From IMG/VR virus record IMGVR_UViG_3300030097_000283, positions 1-27,207 of that record: 27,207 nt of DNA; one strand, written 5' to 3'. A model generated the notes under the pieces. That model worked only from the letters and a program-made list of their open reading frames with translations. It had not been told where the DNA came from and did not search any database. The position numbers and the translations under genes were made by a program. This document shows positions 13,959 through 23,075 of the stretch, piece by piece. Numbering within the stretch: the stretch's first letter is position 1; each line of letters starts with the position of its first letter. The DNA comes from a virus. Lineage: Duplodnaviria; Caudoviricetes.

Positions 13959-16676
13959 TCAAAAGGGAGCTGTGTCTTCTCCACACCCTGCACCTCCTTT
14001 CCATGACACCATCGAACTATGAGCGGATGCGTCCGCCGCAATATCGATGATGATGCTGTCTGATAGGTAGCAACGACCACCCACCTCAGCAAATTTAAGC
14101 CATGTATAATCGTCAGAATAAGACGACCACGCCAGAATGTCAGACCAATCCACAAGGTTTGCGGATCCGTTCGTGTAGAAGAGGTCGCTGTCCAGCAGGC
14201 CAGCTACAGCTGTTGCGGGTGTTAGTAGCCCAAGCCCAACAACATCATCCGATACGTCAGCTAGTGCAGGATAGCTAATCACCTCTATATTAGTAAGCGT
14301 TCCGTCAGCATTCGTTGAATTGTTAGAGATGGTTGTTCCTGAGATGTTTTCCTCTGAGAATCTGAAGTCATCCACCAGCCCTGTTGTGTCGTCGGCTTCA
14401 ATGCCTCCGCTGAACAATGCAGTAACTCGCGTTTGATCGAGAACCTCATCCCAGTTTCGCACCCTGTATATTTCCCCGTCAAAATAGGTTATTCCGATTT
14501 CCGTGGCTCTACCTATTCGAGCAGTGGTCATTCCTGACGGGTCGTAAGGGGCGCCGCCTCCTACACTAAGAGCTGAATCCACTCCATCAATGTAGCATTT
14601 TGCCACAGACGACCCATCCCATGTAACTACGACATGAACAAGGTTTCCTTTGCTGTATAGCGAGGTTCCGGTTTTGTAATAGTTCCCACCATCCCCCATC
14701 TCGATATGAACCTTGCCCGATCCACCAACCATAAACACTCCCCAATTGTCCTCGGACGCCTGCCCTGAGTGGTAGACGGGGTCATCATTACAACTGGGCC
14801 CGCAGACCATCCATGCGTCCATGCTCAAGGTTCCGCCAGCACTAGGGGTTAGGCCCGTCACCCTAGAGGTGATGCCGTTAAACACTCCCTCTCCTGAGTA
14901 TCCGTTAGTAACTGTCCAGTGAGGCCCAGTGGTTGTTGTTGCGGCCCAGAATGTCGAGGTGGTCCCAGTTAAGGTTAAATGATTGGCATTACCTGACACG
15001 TCGTAAATAGTGGAGCCCCCGCTCTCAATGAATGTGTAGGAGCTTCCTATGGTGGTTCCTGCATCGCTATACACGGAGGCTTCAGTCATGTTGCCCGTGA
15101 AAAGCTGAACAGGCGTAGTGGTGATGTTAGCTCCTACAGATGTATTCGTGGGTGTAAAGAACGTGGTGCTATCTGATGTATTTTCAGCAACCTTGGCTAA
15201 GTTATTCCATGTAGTGCCAATCCATAGCTCATGATTTGTGGGTGAAATGAATCGACCCTCTACGCAATAGAAAGCCCCATCGTCATAGCTTGCAGGGGAG
15301 GTTACAGAGTAGGCTGTGCCGTTCCTGCAAACTAGCTCAATTTTCCCAGCAGATGTCGTTCCTATGTGGAAGTACTTATCAACCACCGCCGTGTCTGACA
15401 GTGATACGGCGGACGCTACCGCTACCGAGCTGGTGAATGAGAGGCCGCTCCTTAATCTGAAGGGGTATCCCGTAACGCCAGAGCCGTCAACCACAGTGGC
15501 GTGATGGACAGTTGCAAAGACAGCCGCTGATCTTGTAATCACATCCTGCTGGATATCAAAGGAGCCGTTATTGTGAATATACCCACCTTTATTCCGTATC
15601 CCAAGCCCTGCAACATCGTCTGTCCCGTCAGCTAAGGCGGGGTAATAGACGATATCCGCATCGGTTAGAACTCCATCATTGCCGTTTCCAGATAAGTCAG
15701 GCGCAGTCGTCCCGTAGGAGCTAGCACCACTATATTCAAAGAACCCATCTGCGGATATGTGAGATAGATGATACGCGCCCCCTCCTGCTGTTGCTCCTAA
15801 TACATAATCAACAGTTGCTGTGTTTGAGTTTGACGGCGTGTGATCAAACGTAGCTGTGTCTGGTGTGTCGTTGTCAATCTGAATGTTGCTTGTTACCCCG
15901 TCCGTACTCCAAACCCGTATTGTATGCAGTCCGGTTGTTATTGCTGGCCCTCCTGAATGAGTCAGGGCTCTTGTTCCGGTTGCATCGTAGATTAACACAA
16001 AAACCAAACTTCCCGAATCAAGCCCTATGCGAATGCCGTTAGCGGTGATCGGGTTTGGGGGGAATGCTGTGCCGCCTAACTCCACGGAGGTGATGTCATC
16101 AAATACGCATGTCATAGTAATGTCGTATATACCTGTCTGATGGATGGCGTTGCATTCGGCGGGTGACTGCAATATGCTACTTGCCCCATCAAAAGCAATA
16201 ACCTTAGACCCACCATCAAAAGCGAAGGGGTGAGACACGTCTTGGGTTCCTGCTCTGATAACAGAGACCGTGCCGCCGTTTATCGTCCCTGTGTATCCGT
16301 TCACCGTGTCATACACACTACTGCCGGATTCCTCTTGAAGGGGGTATACAGAGCCATTGGACAGCACTAAGTCCCAGCACGTTCCAGATGTGAAGTCAAT
16401 TTGACCCGCCGAGATGGATGGGGTTGAAGTTCCGCCGGATGACACAACTGTTTCAGAGCCAACCAGCTCAGTCACCAATATGCCGGCCACTCCATCCCAC
16501 ACCGTAGCGGGACTCCCAACGTAATTAGCATCAATTAGGTTGGTGCTCTTGTCGTCCACCTCGTCAGGCTCTGTTTGTGAGAATAGCCATTGACGCGGGT
16601 TAAGGGAGGCAGGAGAAAATAACCCGCCTATATATCCTATAATTGTTTGTGCATAACCAATCGCTTTTAAGCCCAT
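13959..16676 (-). CDS. Large multi-LamG/ConA-like virion fibre or spike protein
   Basis: HVVVTWDG....YIDG, FDGEIY.VR.W...L, D.SGN.N.G.L motifs; internal duplication YPALAD..DDV.GLG. Confidence 0.8.
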   Translation of the reverse strand: MGLKAIGYAQTIIGYIGGLFSPASLNPRQWLFSQTEPDEVDDKSTNLIDANYVGSPATVWDGVAGILVTELVGSETVVSSGGTSTPSISAGQIDFTSGTCWDLVLSNGSVYPLQEESGSSVYDTVNGYTGTINGGTVSVIRAGTQDVSHPFAFDGGSKVIAFDGASSILQSPAECNAIHQTGIYDITMTCVFDDITSVELGGTAFPPNPITANGIRIGLDSGSLVFVLIYDATGTRALTHSGGPAITTGLHTIRVWSTDGVTSNIQIDNDTPDTATFDHTPSNSNTATVDYVLGATAGGGAYHLSHISADGFFEYSGASSYGTTAPDLSGNGNDGVLTDADIVYYPALADGTDDVAGLGIRNKGGYIHNNGSFDIQQDVITRSAAVFATVHHATVVDGSGVTGYPFRLRSGLSFTSSVAVASAVSLSDTAVVDKYFHIGTTSAGKIELVCRNGTAYSVTSPASYDDGAFYCVEGRFISPTNHELWIGTTWNNLAKVAENTSDSTTFFTPTNTSVGANITTTPVQLFTGNMTEASVYSDAGTTIGSSYTFIESGGSTIYDVSGNANHLTLTGTTSTFWAATTTTGPHWTVTNGYSGEGVFNGITSRVTGLTPSAGGTLSMDAWMVCGPSCNDDPVYHSGQASEDNWGVFMVGGSGKVHIEMGDGGNYYKTGTSLYSKGNLVHVVVTWDGSSVAKCYIDGVDSALSVGGGAPYDPSGMTTARIGRATEIGITYFDGEIYRVRNWDEVLDQTRVTALFSGGIEADDTTGLVDDFRFSEENISGTTISNNSTNADGTLTNIEVISYPALADVSDDVVGLGLLTPATAVAGLLDSDLFYTNGSANLVDWSDILAWSSYSDDYTWLKFAEVGGRCYLSDSIIIDIAADASAHSSMVSWKGGAGCGEDTAPF

Positions 16677-16700
16677 GATAAAGCCCTCCAGTTAGATTGA

Positions 16701-16994
16701 TTAATATGCAGCGAGGTTGACGTCTGAAGTGCTTGACGCGGTTCGATATACAACACTCTTGATGTTTGATGTGCGGTCACCGTAGAAGGCCACTGGAATC
16801 CCCTGACGCACCTTAATGGCTTTCCCTGCAGCGTATGCCGTGTCAAAGTCCTCTGTTGAAATGTTAACAAGGCAAAATACAGCCTCTGCCTCCTCAACAT
16901 CTACGCTTAAAGAGTTCGCACCCGTTTTATCAAACGTAATCAGCGTACTTGTAGTAGTCGCCGTTACCTGTCTTCCCTCGCCATTTGTTAACAT
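16701..16994 (-). CDS. Small beta-sandwich protein, possible spike base
   Basis: 97 aa; GGAGG RBS; first gene after its own promoter, directly before the LamG protein. Confidence 0.65.
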   Translation of the reverse strand: MLTNGEGRQVTATTTSTLITFDKTGANSLSVDVEEAEAVFCLVNISTEDFDTAYAAGKAIKVRQGIPVAFYGDRTSNIKSVVYRTASSTSDVNLAAY

Positions 16995-17017
16995 TGTTTT
17001 TCCTCCGTTGAATATAT

Positions 17018-17053
17018 AATTTAAAACATCTTGCTTTTATAGTCTAGTATGAT
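17018..17053 (-). promoter_or_regulatory. Promoter with ATCATACTAGAC motif, copy 2 (fibre/spike module)
   Basis: ATCATAC-TAGACT-17 nt-TAAATT. Confidence 0.75.
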
Positions 17054-17061
17054 ACAGGGAG

Positions 17062-17211
17062 TTATTCAAACACAATAGTCAGGCTATCTTCTGCCCCTTC
17101 AATATCGCCCTTTTGCGTCATTCCCTCAAGTCGTGCGCTCGCAATAGCCACTTGAGCCATTAGCGTAGTTTCTGCAAGCCCTTTCATATAGCCGTAACCC
17201 TCGCCTATCAT
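17062..17211 (-). CDS. 49-aa hypothetical protein, not in ORF track
   Basis: MIGEGYGYMKGLAETTLMAQVAIASARLEGMTQKGDIEGAEDSLTIVFE; ATGA overlap. Confidence 0.55.
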   Translation of the reverse strand: MIGEGYGYMKGLAETTLMAQVAIASARLEGMTQKGDIEGAEDSLTIVFE

Positions 17212-17543
17212 ACCGCCGACACCGTAACGTTGATGGTTAAGTATCCGTTGACAACAGAAAGGCTATAACTATCGAAGGCCACGCTGTCGGATGCTGCGGG
17301 GTTTGCCTGGGTTGCTGCATCCAGTAGATTCCACTTGACATTGGTCGGCGAAAACACTTGTGCGTCCTTCATATCTAAAATAAGTGCGCCATCCTGAATC
17401 GAAAACGTGGGAATTTCTCCCTTGTACCCTCCAGGCATTTGAACGCTCGCCTCATTTAATGCTTTGAACACGGCATTCCATTGATCCGTTACAGCCTTCA
17501 TTGAACCGTGACCTTTGTAATTATCTTTTAATTTATCAGCCAT
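17208..17543 (-). CDS. Putative tail-tip protein
   Basis: TAATG overlap supports the MADKLK start; position after tape measure. Confidence 0.6.
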   Translation of the reverse strand: MADKLKDNYKGHGSMKAVTDQWNAVFKALNEASVQMPGGYKGEIPTFSIQDGALILDMKDAQVFSPTNVKWNLLDAATQANPAASDSVAFDSYSLSVVNGYLTINVTVSAV

Positions 17544-18325
17544 TAGTACCCCGTAGGAATTTCCCGCCAAGTTTGCGTTTGCTTATACCAATCTACGCCT
17601 TGTTGCGGATAAGATTGCGTGTCTGCTATACACTCAAAGTCTATTGTGCGTGTGGCCAAATCGAAATCTGAGTTGCCTGACCAATCCCTATCAAGCGAGT
17701 CGCCATCAGGAACCGCCATAGCGGAGAAGTAGGTCGGTGTGAATGTTGCCCCGTCTAGCGTTGTGCTGGTTGTTTTCGCTCCATTAACTATGATTATATT
17801 TGTTCCTCTTGGAATGTAGTAATCTAAATTTGGACCGACTCCCCCGCTCGTGTCATCTAGCAGAAAATGAGTTGGCAGTGCGCCTAGATCAGAAGGAGCA
17901 ACCGCACAGCACCACCAGTTAGTTGATTCATAAGCAAGGGTTGAGTAATCAGAGACCGTTGCGTAGAAGATTACGTCAACCAAAGCCTGATCATATTTTG
18001 AATAGTTAGTTTGTGTATAGGTCGGTTTCCCATTATGACCGCCAGACTGGATCCAGTTTGAGGAGGTGCTTACCCAGTTCTCAGAGTCATCAAAACGCCC
18101 CACATCTGCAAGAGTACCGGCAGAGATAGTCTCTGTAACGCCCCCGTTTTCTCCACTTAGTGAGGATGATGTATCCCCTTCCTCACTTGAATAAGCCTCG
18201 TCACTCCACCGGAAGCGTTGTACTACTTGCGGGGTTTTCTCGTTCCATACGCCACCACCAAAGGACGTGTTAAAGTTCCTCGCTAGTGATACCCATTCCC
18301 AGTTTGATGTAAAAGGTGATGCCAT
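17543..18325 (-). CDS. Putative distal tail / hub protein
   Basis: First gene after the tape measure; beta-rich; ACGGAG RBS. Confidence 0.6.
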   Translation of the reverse strand: MASPFTSNWEWVSLARNFNTSFGGGVWNEKTPQVVQRFRWSDEAYSSEEGDTSSSLSGENGGVTETISAGTLADVGRFDDSENWVSTSSNWIQSGGHNGKPTYTQTNYSKYDQALVDVIFYATVSDYSTLAYESTNWWCCAVAPSDLGALPTHFLLDDTSGGVGPNLDYYIPRGTNIIIVNGAKTTSTTLDGATFTPTYFSAMAVPDGDSLDRDWSGNSDFDLATRTIDFECIADTQSYPQQGVDWYKQTQTWREIPTGY

Positions 18326-18337
18326 AATTCTTCTCCG

Positions 18338-19777
18338 TTATCCTTCCGAAACCCCGCCAATGTTTTTGGAAATTTGTTCTAGTAATTTATTGCGCTCTTC
18401 TGCGAGCTTAGAAATCATCTCTTGCGATTGTTCGCCGACAGATTTAGTTGATTTTGATGCCGATGCTGCGGCCTCAGACACCGAGCGAGGCTGACCAATT
18501 AGGCTCCACGCACCTGATATCCCAGACTGCCCTTTGTACTGACCTCTCCCGCCCTCTCCTGCTGATTCACTCGCTGACGTTAGTTGCTCAGAGATAGCTG
18601 ATGCCCCCGAACTTGAGGCTCTGGCTTTTGATACCTTCGTTTTGCCTGCGTTTGCTAATTTCTTGGCGTCCTCGCCTGCAATACCATCCATCTTCGGATC
18701 TTTGTACCAAGGAACACGATTATTCGTGGCTTCGACTTTCTTTTCGTCAATCTTACGCCATTCAGCCATCGTTTTATCGAAGTCGGCTTGCTCGGCTTTT
18801 TTTTCTTCTTGAAGCGTTTTCGATCGCTCTTTGGATGCCTTGTTGAAATCATCGTCCATCTTTTTTTGGTTACGCTCGGCAGCCTTAGATTGCAAGAGTC
18901 CAGATATTTCAAAGGGATTCTTTGTCTCTTTGAACGCTTCGGATAGGTCTATAAACGTATTAGTCAGCCTCCCGAGGTCTTGAGCTAGTTGTGTTACGCC
19001 CGTTATCCATCTACTAAAAACCTTTGACCCTGCCTCTGCCCATGCTGTCAATGATCCGTCCTCTGTAAGCTCGATGATGGCCTCTTTTGCCATCTTAATC
19101 GCGCCGGTAAACCCAGCATCCCCTACAACCCTACCGGCTTCCTGCATTGCATCGCCTACAACACCCTTAAAAGCTTCCATTTGACCAGACATAGTATCAA
19201 GCTCTGCCTCTGCCATCTTAAAGCCGTTTGCCATTGCGGTTTGTACGATTACTTGCTTCTCTGCCTCTGTGGTCGCCTGTCGTAACGCGGGGATATACCT
19301 TGCAAGCATCTCAAACTCACCCTGCTGAGCCAGTGCAACCATCTTCATGGAAGCGGTCATATCGATACCGAACGCCTTTGAAAGACCTATCGCGCCCTTT
19401 GTGGACTCCTCAAGCTTATCATTAGTAACGCCCATCACCTTTCCAAGTGTCACGAGATTCATTATTTCTTCATCGCCTAATGTGGTTGTGCGCTGAATGG
19501 CGGTGGCAAAAGCTCCCCACCTCTCAACCGCTTGCGCCCCGCTCTCGCCGGCAGCATTAAAAGCGGAGGCAAGCCGGTTGTTTACCGCCTCCTGCTCTGC
19601 AAACGCTTTTCCTAATGCGGCAAGACCCGCGCCAATAGCAGCAAACCCCGCAACCGCTGCGAGTGATACGGCTTTGAAGGAGATGCCAAGTTTCTTTAAA
19701 CCACCACCTATCTTTGATAGGCCGCCTGAAACCTTGTCGTTTAAGCTAATTACTAAATTTACTTTTTTACTGGTCAT
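18338..19777 (-). CDS. Tail tape measure protein (short, 479 aa)
   Basis: N-terminal LVISLND.VS..L..I, Ala/Gly-rich helical, IQRTTTLGDEEI motif; synteny. Confidence 0.85.
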   Translation of the reverse strand: MTSKKVNLVISLNDKVSGGLSKIGGGLKKLGISFKAVSLAAVAGFAAIGAGLAALGKAFAEQEAVNNRLASAFNAAGESGAQAVERWGAFATAIQRTTTLGDEEIMNLVTLGKVMGVTNDKLEESTKGAIGLSKAFGIDMTASMKMVALAQQGEFEMLARYIPALRQATTEAEKQVIVQTAMANGFKMAEAELDTMSGQMEAFKGVVGDAMQEAGRVVGDAGFTGAIKMAKEAIIELTEDGSLTAWAEAGSKVFSRWITGVTQLAQDLGRLTNTFIDLSEAFKETKNPFEISGLLQSKAAERNQKKMDDDFNKASKERSKTLQEEKKAEQADFDKTMAEWRKIDEKKVEATNNRVPWYKDPKMDGIAGEDAKKLANAGKTKVSKARASSSGASAISEQLTSASESAGEGGRGQYKGQSGISGAWSLIGQPRSVSEAAASASKSTKSVGEQSQEMISKLAEERNKLLEQISKNIGGVSEG

Positions 19778-20495
19778 CTTCTAAGCTCCATTTTTCTTCA
19801 ATCTTTCGAGCCATCGCCTGGAAGTCACCCAATGATCGCACCTTATGCGTCACATTTTGAGCCTTTGCCTTGCCACCTTTAACAGACTTGACCTTGCTCG
19901 CGTTTTCTTCCTGCGAGACTCTGGCTATGATCTGAGCGTAAAGGACGTGGATTTTCTCGATGGGTGTTTCGTATAGCCAGTAATCAGGAGATTGCCCAAA
20001 CTCACGAATTAGACAGGCAACCATCCCGCCAAAATTAGCACTATCGGATGATGATTCTGTCTCTGTGTCTCCTGAAACGTCACCAATGCACCTTGAACAC
20101 ACCTCATTAATTTCCGCGTGTGTGAAGTGCATCTTCTTAGCCATCTTTCGCATTGCACGATCAACGCTCTTATATGTCTCGTATTGATCAAGGGCATCTG
20201 TCTTGATTGGTACAGTTAGCACCCAGAACATAAGTGCATCCGTCAAACTGTCGTCTATATCCCATTCTTTGACCTTCTCCGTGAACCATAAAGATTTGGC
20301 CACGGTGAGGGGGTAGAAAAGGATACCACCAAGTTCAAACGGTGAGTTTAGGAGTCGGCGTTCTATTTTAGAAACGCCAGTTACTGAGTTGGCTAATTTA
20401 TCAAGAGCTTCAATGTCGTCAAAATCATTTACATGCACGACATGTTTTGTTTTTAACAGGAGCTTCTGAATCGTTTGTTTCGTTAGTTCCTGCAT
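19767..20495 (-). CDS. Tail assembly chaperone (by synteny)
   Basis: Between tail tube and tape measure genes; helical; FG.SPDYWLY motif. Confidence 0.6.
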   Translation of the reverse strand: MQELTKQTIQKLLLKTKHVVHVNDFDDIEALDKLANSVTGVSKIERRLLNSPFELGGILFYPLTVAKSLWFTEKVKEWDIDDSLTDALMFWVLTVPIKTDALDQYETYKSVDRAMRKMAKKMHFTHAEINEVCSRCIGDVSGDTETESSSDSANFGGMVACLIREFGQSPDYWLYETPIEKIHVLYAQIIARVSQEENASKVKSVKGGKAKAQNVTHKVRSLGDFQAMARKIEEKWSLEDDQ

Positions 20496-20592
20496 CTGGC
20501 TCTTCCTTTACTGGCTCGATCAATGGCTCTTGGTCAGACGCGCTCATTACAACGCGCCGACCGTCAACCCCTATAGTACGTTTCGCACCCAT
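20425..20592 (-). CDS. 55-aa hypothetical protein, not in ORF track
   Basis: TAATG overlap with the tail tube stop; MGAKRTIGVDGRRVVM...TCRACK; overlaps the next gene by 71 nt. Confidence 0.45.
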   Translation of the reverse strand: MGAKRTIGVDGRRVVMSASDQEPLIEPVKEEPDAGTNETNDSEAPVKNKTCRACK

Positions 20593-21344
20593 TAGACAGT
20601 CGCCAAGTCTGTGTTAGCGTGTGCCGTGAAAGCAAACGTATCAAAGTCGCTGTTGCTGTCGTTGGTGTCTGTGTTATCAACCAGAGGGACGAGCATGTCG
20701 TTTGTGTTTGCGTCAAAGTCGGTTTCTAGTAAGGTCGCCGTGTTCGAAGTTGGGATTCCGATAGTATCAAAGGAAAGCTCACACCGAGGAGTAATGTTCT
20801 TACCAACTAAATGCGATCCTGTCTCGTCTGCCTGGTCAACGTGGTTCATACTAAAGGTTGCCGTTGCGCTTGATGGAGAAGCGTCTGCGCCTAGAGTAAT
20901 CCCGAAATCAGGAACCCCGAACCCGTTCCAAGCGTTAAAGGCTTCTGCTACTTCATGCGGTAGGAAATCCGATACGTCAGCATATCCAAGAGCTAATCCC
21001 GCTTCATGTGGGTTTGCATCGTGCTGATGGCCTGTGATGTCAATAGTGACGTAGTTTCCTGCGCTCATGTTGATTGTTAAGCCGGTTACAACTCCGATAG
21101 TCTGGAAGTTTCCGAACTCAGTCAAGAAGGTTCCTATATCAGCCATGAAATCAGAGCCACAATAGGAAGCGTTCTGGGTGTAATTTGTGATGTCGGTAAT
21201 ATTCACCTGACATTCAACGTTGCCCATCTCATCATTCACCGCAACATTTGTTTCAACAACATTCGTCGTGCTTGCTGACGTGTTGAAGTTTGCGTGTAAT
21301 CCGAATAAGTTTGTTGCGACTAAATCTACTGCTGCATCTGCCAT
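20592..21344 (-). CDS. Major tail (tube) protein
   Basis: Acidic, T/D/N-rich beta protein after the neck genes with its own promoter; synteny. Confidence 0.65.
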   Translation of the reverse strand: MADAAVDLVATNLFGLHANFNTSASTTNVVETNVAVNDEMGNVECQVNITDITNYTQNASYCGSDFMADIGTFLTEFGNFQTIGVVTGLTINMSAGNYVTIDITGHQHDANPHEAGLALGYADVSDFLPHEVAEAFNAWNGFGVPDFGITLGADASPSSATATFSMNHVDQADETGSHLVGKNITPRCELSFDTIGIPTSNTATLLETDFDANTNDMLVPLVDNTDTNDSNSDFDTFAFTAHANTDLATV

Positions 21345-21369
21345 TTTATTTCTCCGTTAATTCTTGATT

Positions 21370-21405
21370 AATGTAATTTAATATGCCCTTAGCGTCTAGT
21401 ATGAT
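21370..21405 (-). promoter_or_regulatory. Promoter with ATCATACTAGAC motif, copy 3 (tail tube operon)
   Basis: ATCATAC-TAGACG-17 nt-TACATT. Confidence 0.75.
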
Positions 21406-22448
21406 TAAAACTCGCCTGATGTTAGATAGAGAATCTGCAGGGGTATAGTCACACTCCACGATACTTTTTTAACCCCTACAACCGGCTCTGGTGGCTGTGG
21501 GAGGTCTGTTAACATGCACCAATTCACATTGGAACCGCTCACCGTCTTAAGGTTGTCTGTGTGCTTCAACCATGCGAGAACGGTGGAGGCAAAGTTCATC
21601 GCCACAACTCGACTGCCAAAGTATCCCTCTATCTCGGCATCTACCATCAAACTACACCAGTTGCCGTTATCGCCATACGTTCTCTCTGAATCAAAGGCAC
21701 TTGCAGCACCACCGGAATTAATTTTCCAGACGTTACGCCACTTTATCTCACCATCTTTATTCGTTGGAAAGCGTCCTCTAAAAGCGTTAACTCGATCAGT
21801 ACCGCCCACAAAATCCATTAATGAGTCAAACACCGCCCGCTCTGCCCTGTTCCATGCTTCCTGAATGGTTGCTTGACTGAGCGTTAAGATGCCCACGTAT
21901 GTTCCATGCCCCGTCAATGATCCATCAAGGCCGCCGTGTACTCCGGTTGGAACGGGATTAATAGCCATCGAGCCCGACGGCACATACGCTGCGATTGTCC
22001 ATCCAGATACAGGAGGTGTGATTGAATCCGTGGTGATGTTTTCATAACCGCCCTGAACAGGAGGTGAGCCGCCGCCTATATAAAGCATCGACCATCTATC
22101 AGTTACATAACGAAGCTCCCAGACATCTTCCATCTTCTCGAAAGCACCGTCCGGTTGCCTTTCATATAAACCATTAAATAAGGTTGTTCCCGCGCCGGAT
22201 AATGTGATGGACGACACTAATCCACCAAAGTAATTAACACCTGGCTCACCCACAAGAGCTATGATAGATATCATCCAATCGGTTCCATCATTCCAATATG
22301 CGTAGGTATCAGAGGCGTCATAATACACTATCTCGCTGTTCTCCTCCGTCCCTGAATCGTACCAATAAACCGACCCTTGCAATGCTGTCGGTGTGGCATC
22401 ATCTGAAGTCGTTACTAGCTCAAATTCATATACTGGTTTTTTGCTCAT
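21405..22448 (-). CDS. Putative tail terminator with N-terminal accessory domains
   Basis: Position before the tail tube gene; C-terminal about 150 aa terminator-sized; N-terminal aromatic beta domains. Confidence 0.55.
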   Translation of the reverse strand: MSKKPVYEFELVTTSDDATPTALQGSVYWYDSGTEENSEIVYYDASDTYAYWNDGTDWMISIIALVGEPGVNYFGGLVSSITLSGAGTTLFNGLYERQPDGAFEKMEDVWELRYVTDRWSMLYIGGGSPPVQGGYENITTDSITPPVSGWTIAAYVPSGSMAINPVPTGVHGGLDGSLTGHGTYVGILTLSQATIQEAWNRAERAVFDSLMDFVGGTDRVNAFRGRFPTNKDGEIKWRNVWKINSGGAASAFDSERTYGDNGNWCSLMVDAEIEGYFGSRVVAMNFASTVLAWLKHTDNLKTVSGSNVNWCMLTDLPQPPEPVVGVKKVSWSVTIPLQILYLTSGEF

Positions 22449-22924
22449 TTGAATATTCCTTTGATTACTTCATCGAGCATATGATTAAGCTCTTTGTTTA
22501 TCTCGCTCTTCGAATCGTCGTATGCCTTAAAAATGTACTTATCGGTGGCCTTGTTCGTATTCTGATCGCCTAGCTTCTGCCACGTCTTGCCCTTCTCGTC
22601 GTGCATCTTCTCGGCATACTTACCACCAGGAGCATTGATAGGCACACCGATTTCCACGCTGTTCTTCTTCTGTTCAAGCGTAATTGACTTCTTCAGGTTT
22701 CCGACTGTAAATGAGGAGGTTTTGCGCTTCGTTTTGCCCCCCTTCAGCGTTCTTATATACTCGCCCTTTGTCTTTGATCGAGGAGCATACTTTTCAGCCT
22801 TACCTTGAATAATGACGCCCACCTTTTTGAGCATCTTTGAAATAATCTTAGGATTCTTCTTGCCCACTCGCTCAATCTTCTTCATTAGGGAGATAAGCTC
22901 TTTATCGTTAATCGTCACAGACAT
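22445..22924 (-). CDS. HK97 gp10-like neck / tail completion protein (start MSVTIN)
   Basis: A...AP....GNLKKSI.......IGV.......YA...H...YI.KA pattern; basic. Confidence 0.78.
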   Translation of the reverse strand: MSVTINDKELISLMKKIERVGKKNPKIISKMLKKVGVIIQGKAEKYAPRSKTKGEYIRTLKGGKTKRKTSSFTVGNLKKSITLEQKKNSVEIGVPINAPGGKYAEKMHDEKGKTWQKLGDQNTNKATDKYIFKAYDDSKSEINKELNHMLDEVIKGIFK

Positions 22925-23075
22925 CAGCCAAATCCCCGTTATACCTATCCCACGACATACCGCCAAATAGACCACACCCAACGCACTCACAGAAGCCATC
23001 ACCGCGCAGGATGTACGAAGCGCACCCACATGAGCATATCATCGCTCTCTGGTTATCTGGGATTAAGTCGTTCAT
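22908..23075 (-). CDS. 55-aa Zn-ribbon-like protein, not in ORF track
   Basis: MNDLIPDNQRAMICSCGCASYILRGDGFCECVGCGLFGG...; TAATG overlap. Confidence 0.6.
   Translation of the reverse strand: MNDLIPDNQRAMICSCGCASYILRGDGFCECVGCGLFGGMSWDRYNGDLADVCDD

Noticed and set aside
20425-20592. Classic -1 G/GT tail-chaperone frameshift
   Set aside because: The overlapping ORFs are in a +1 relation, no in-frame XXXYYYZ heptamer was found, and the downstream ORF has its own purine-rich RBS.
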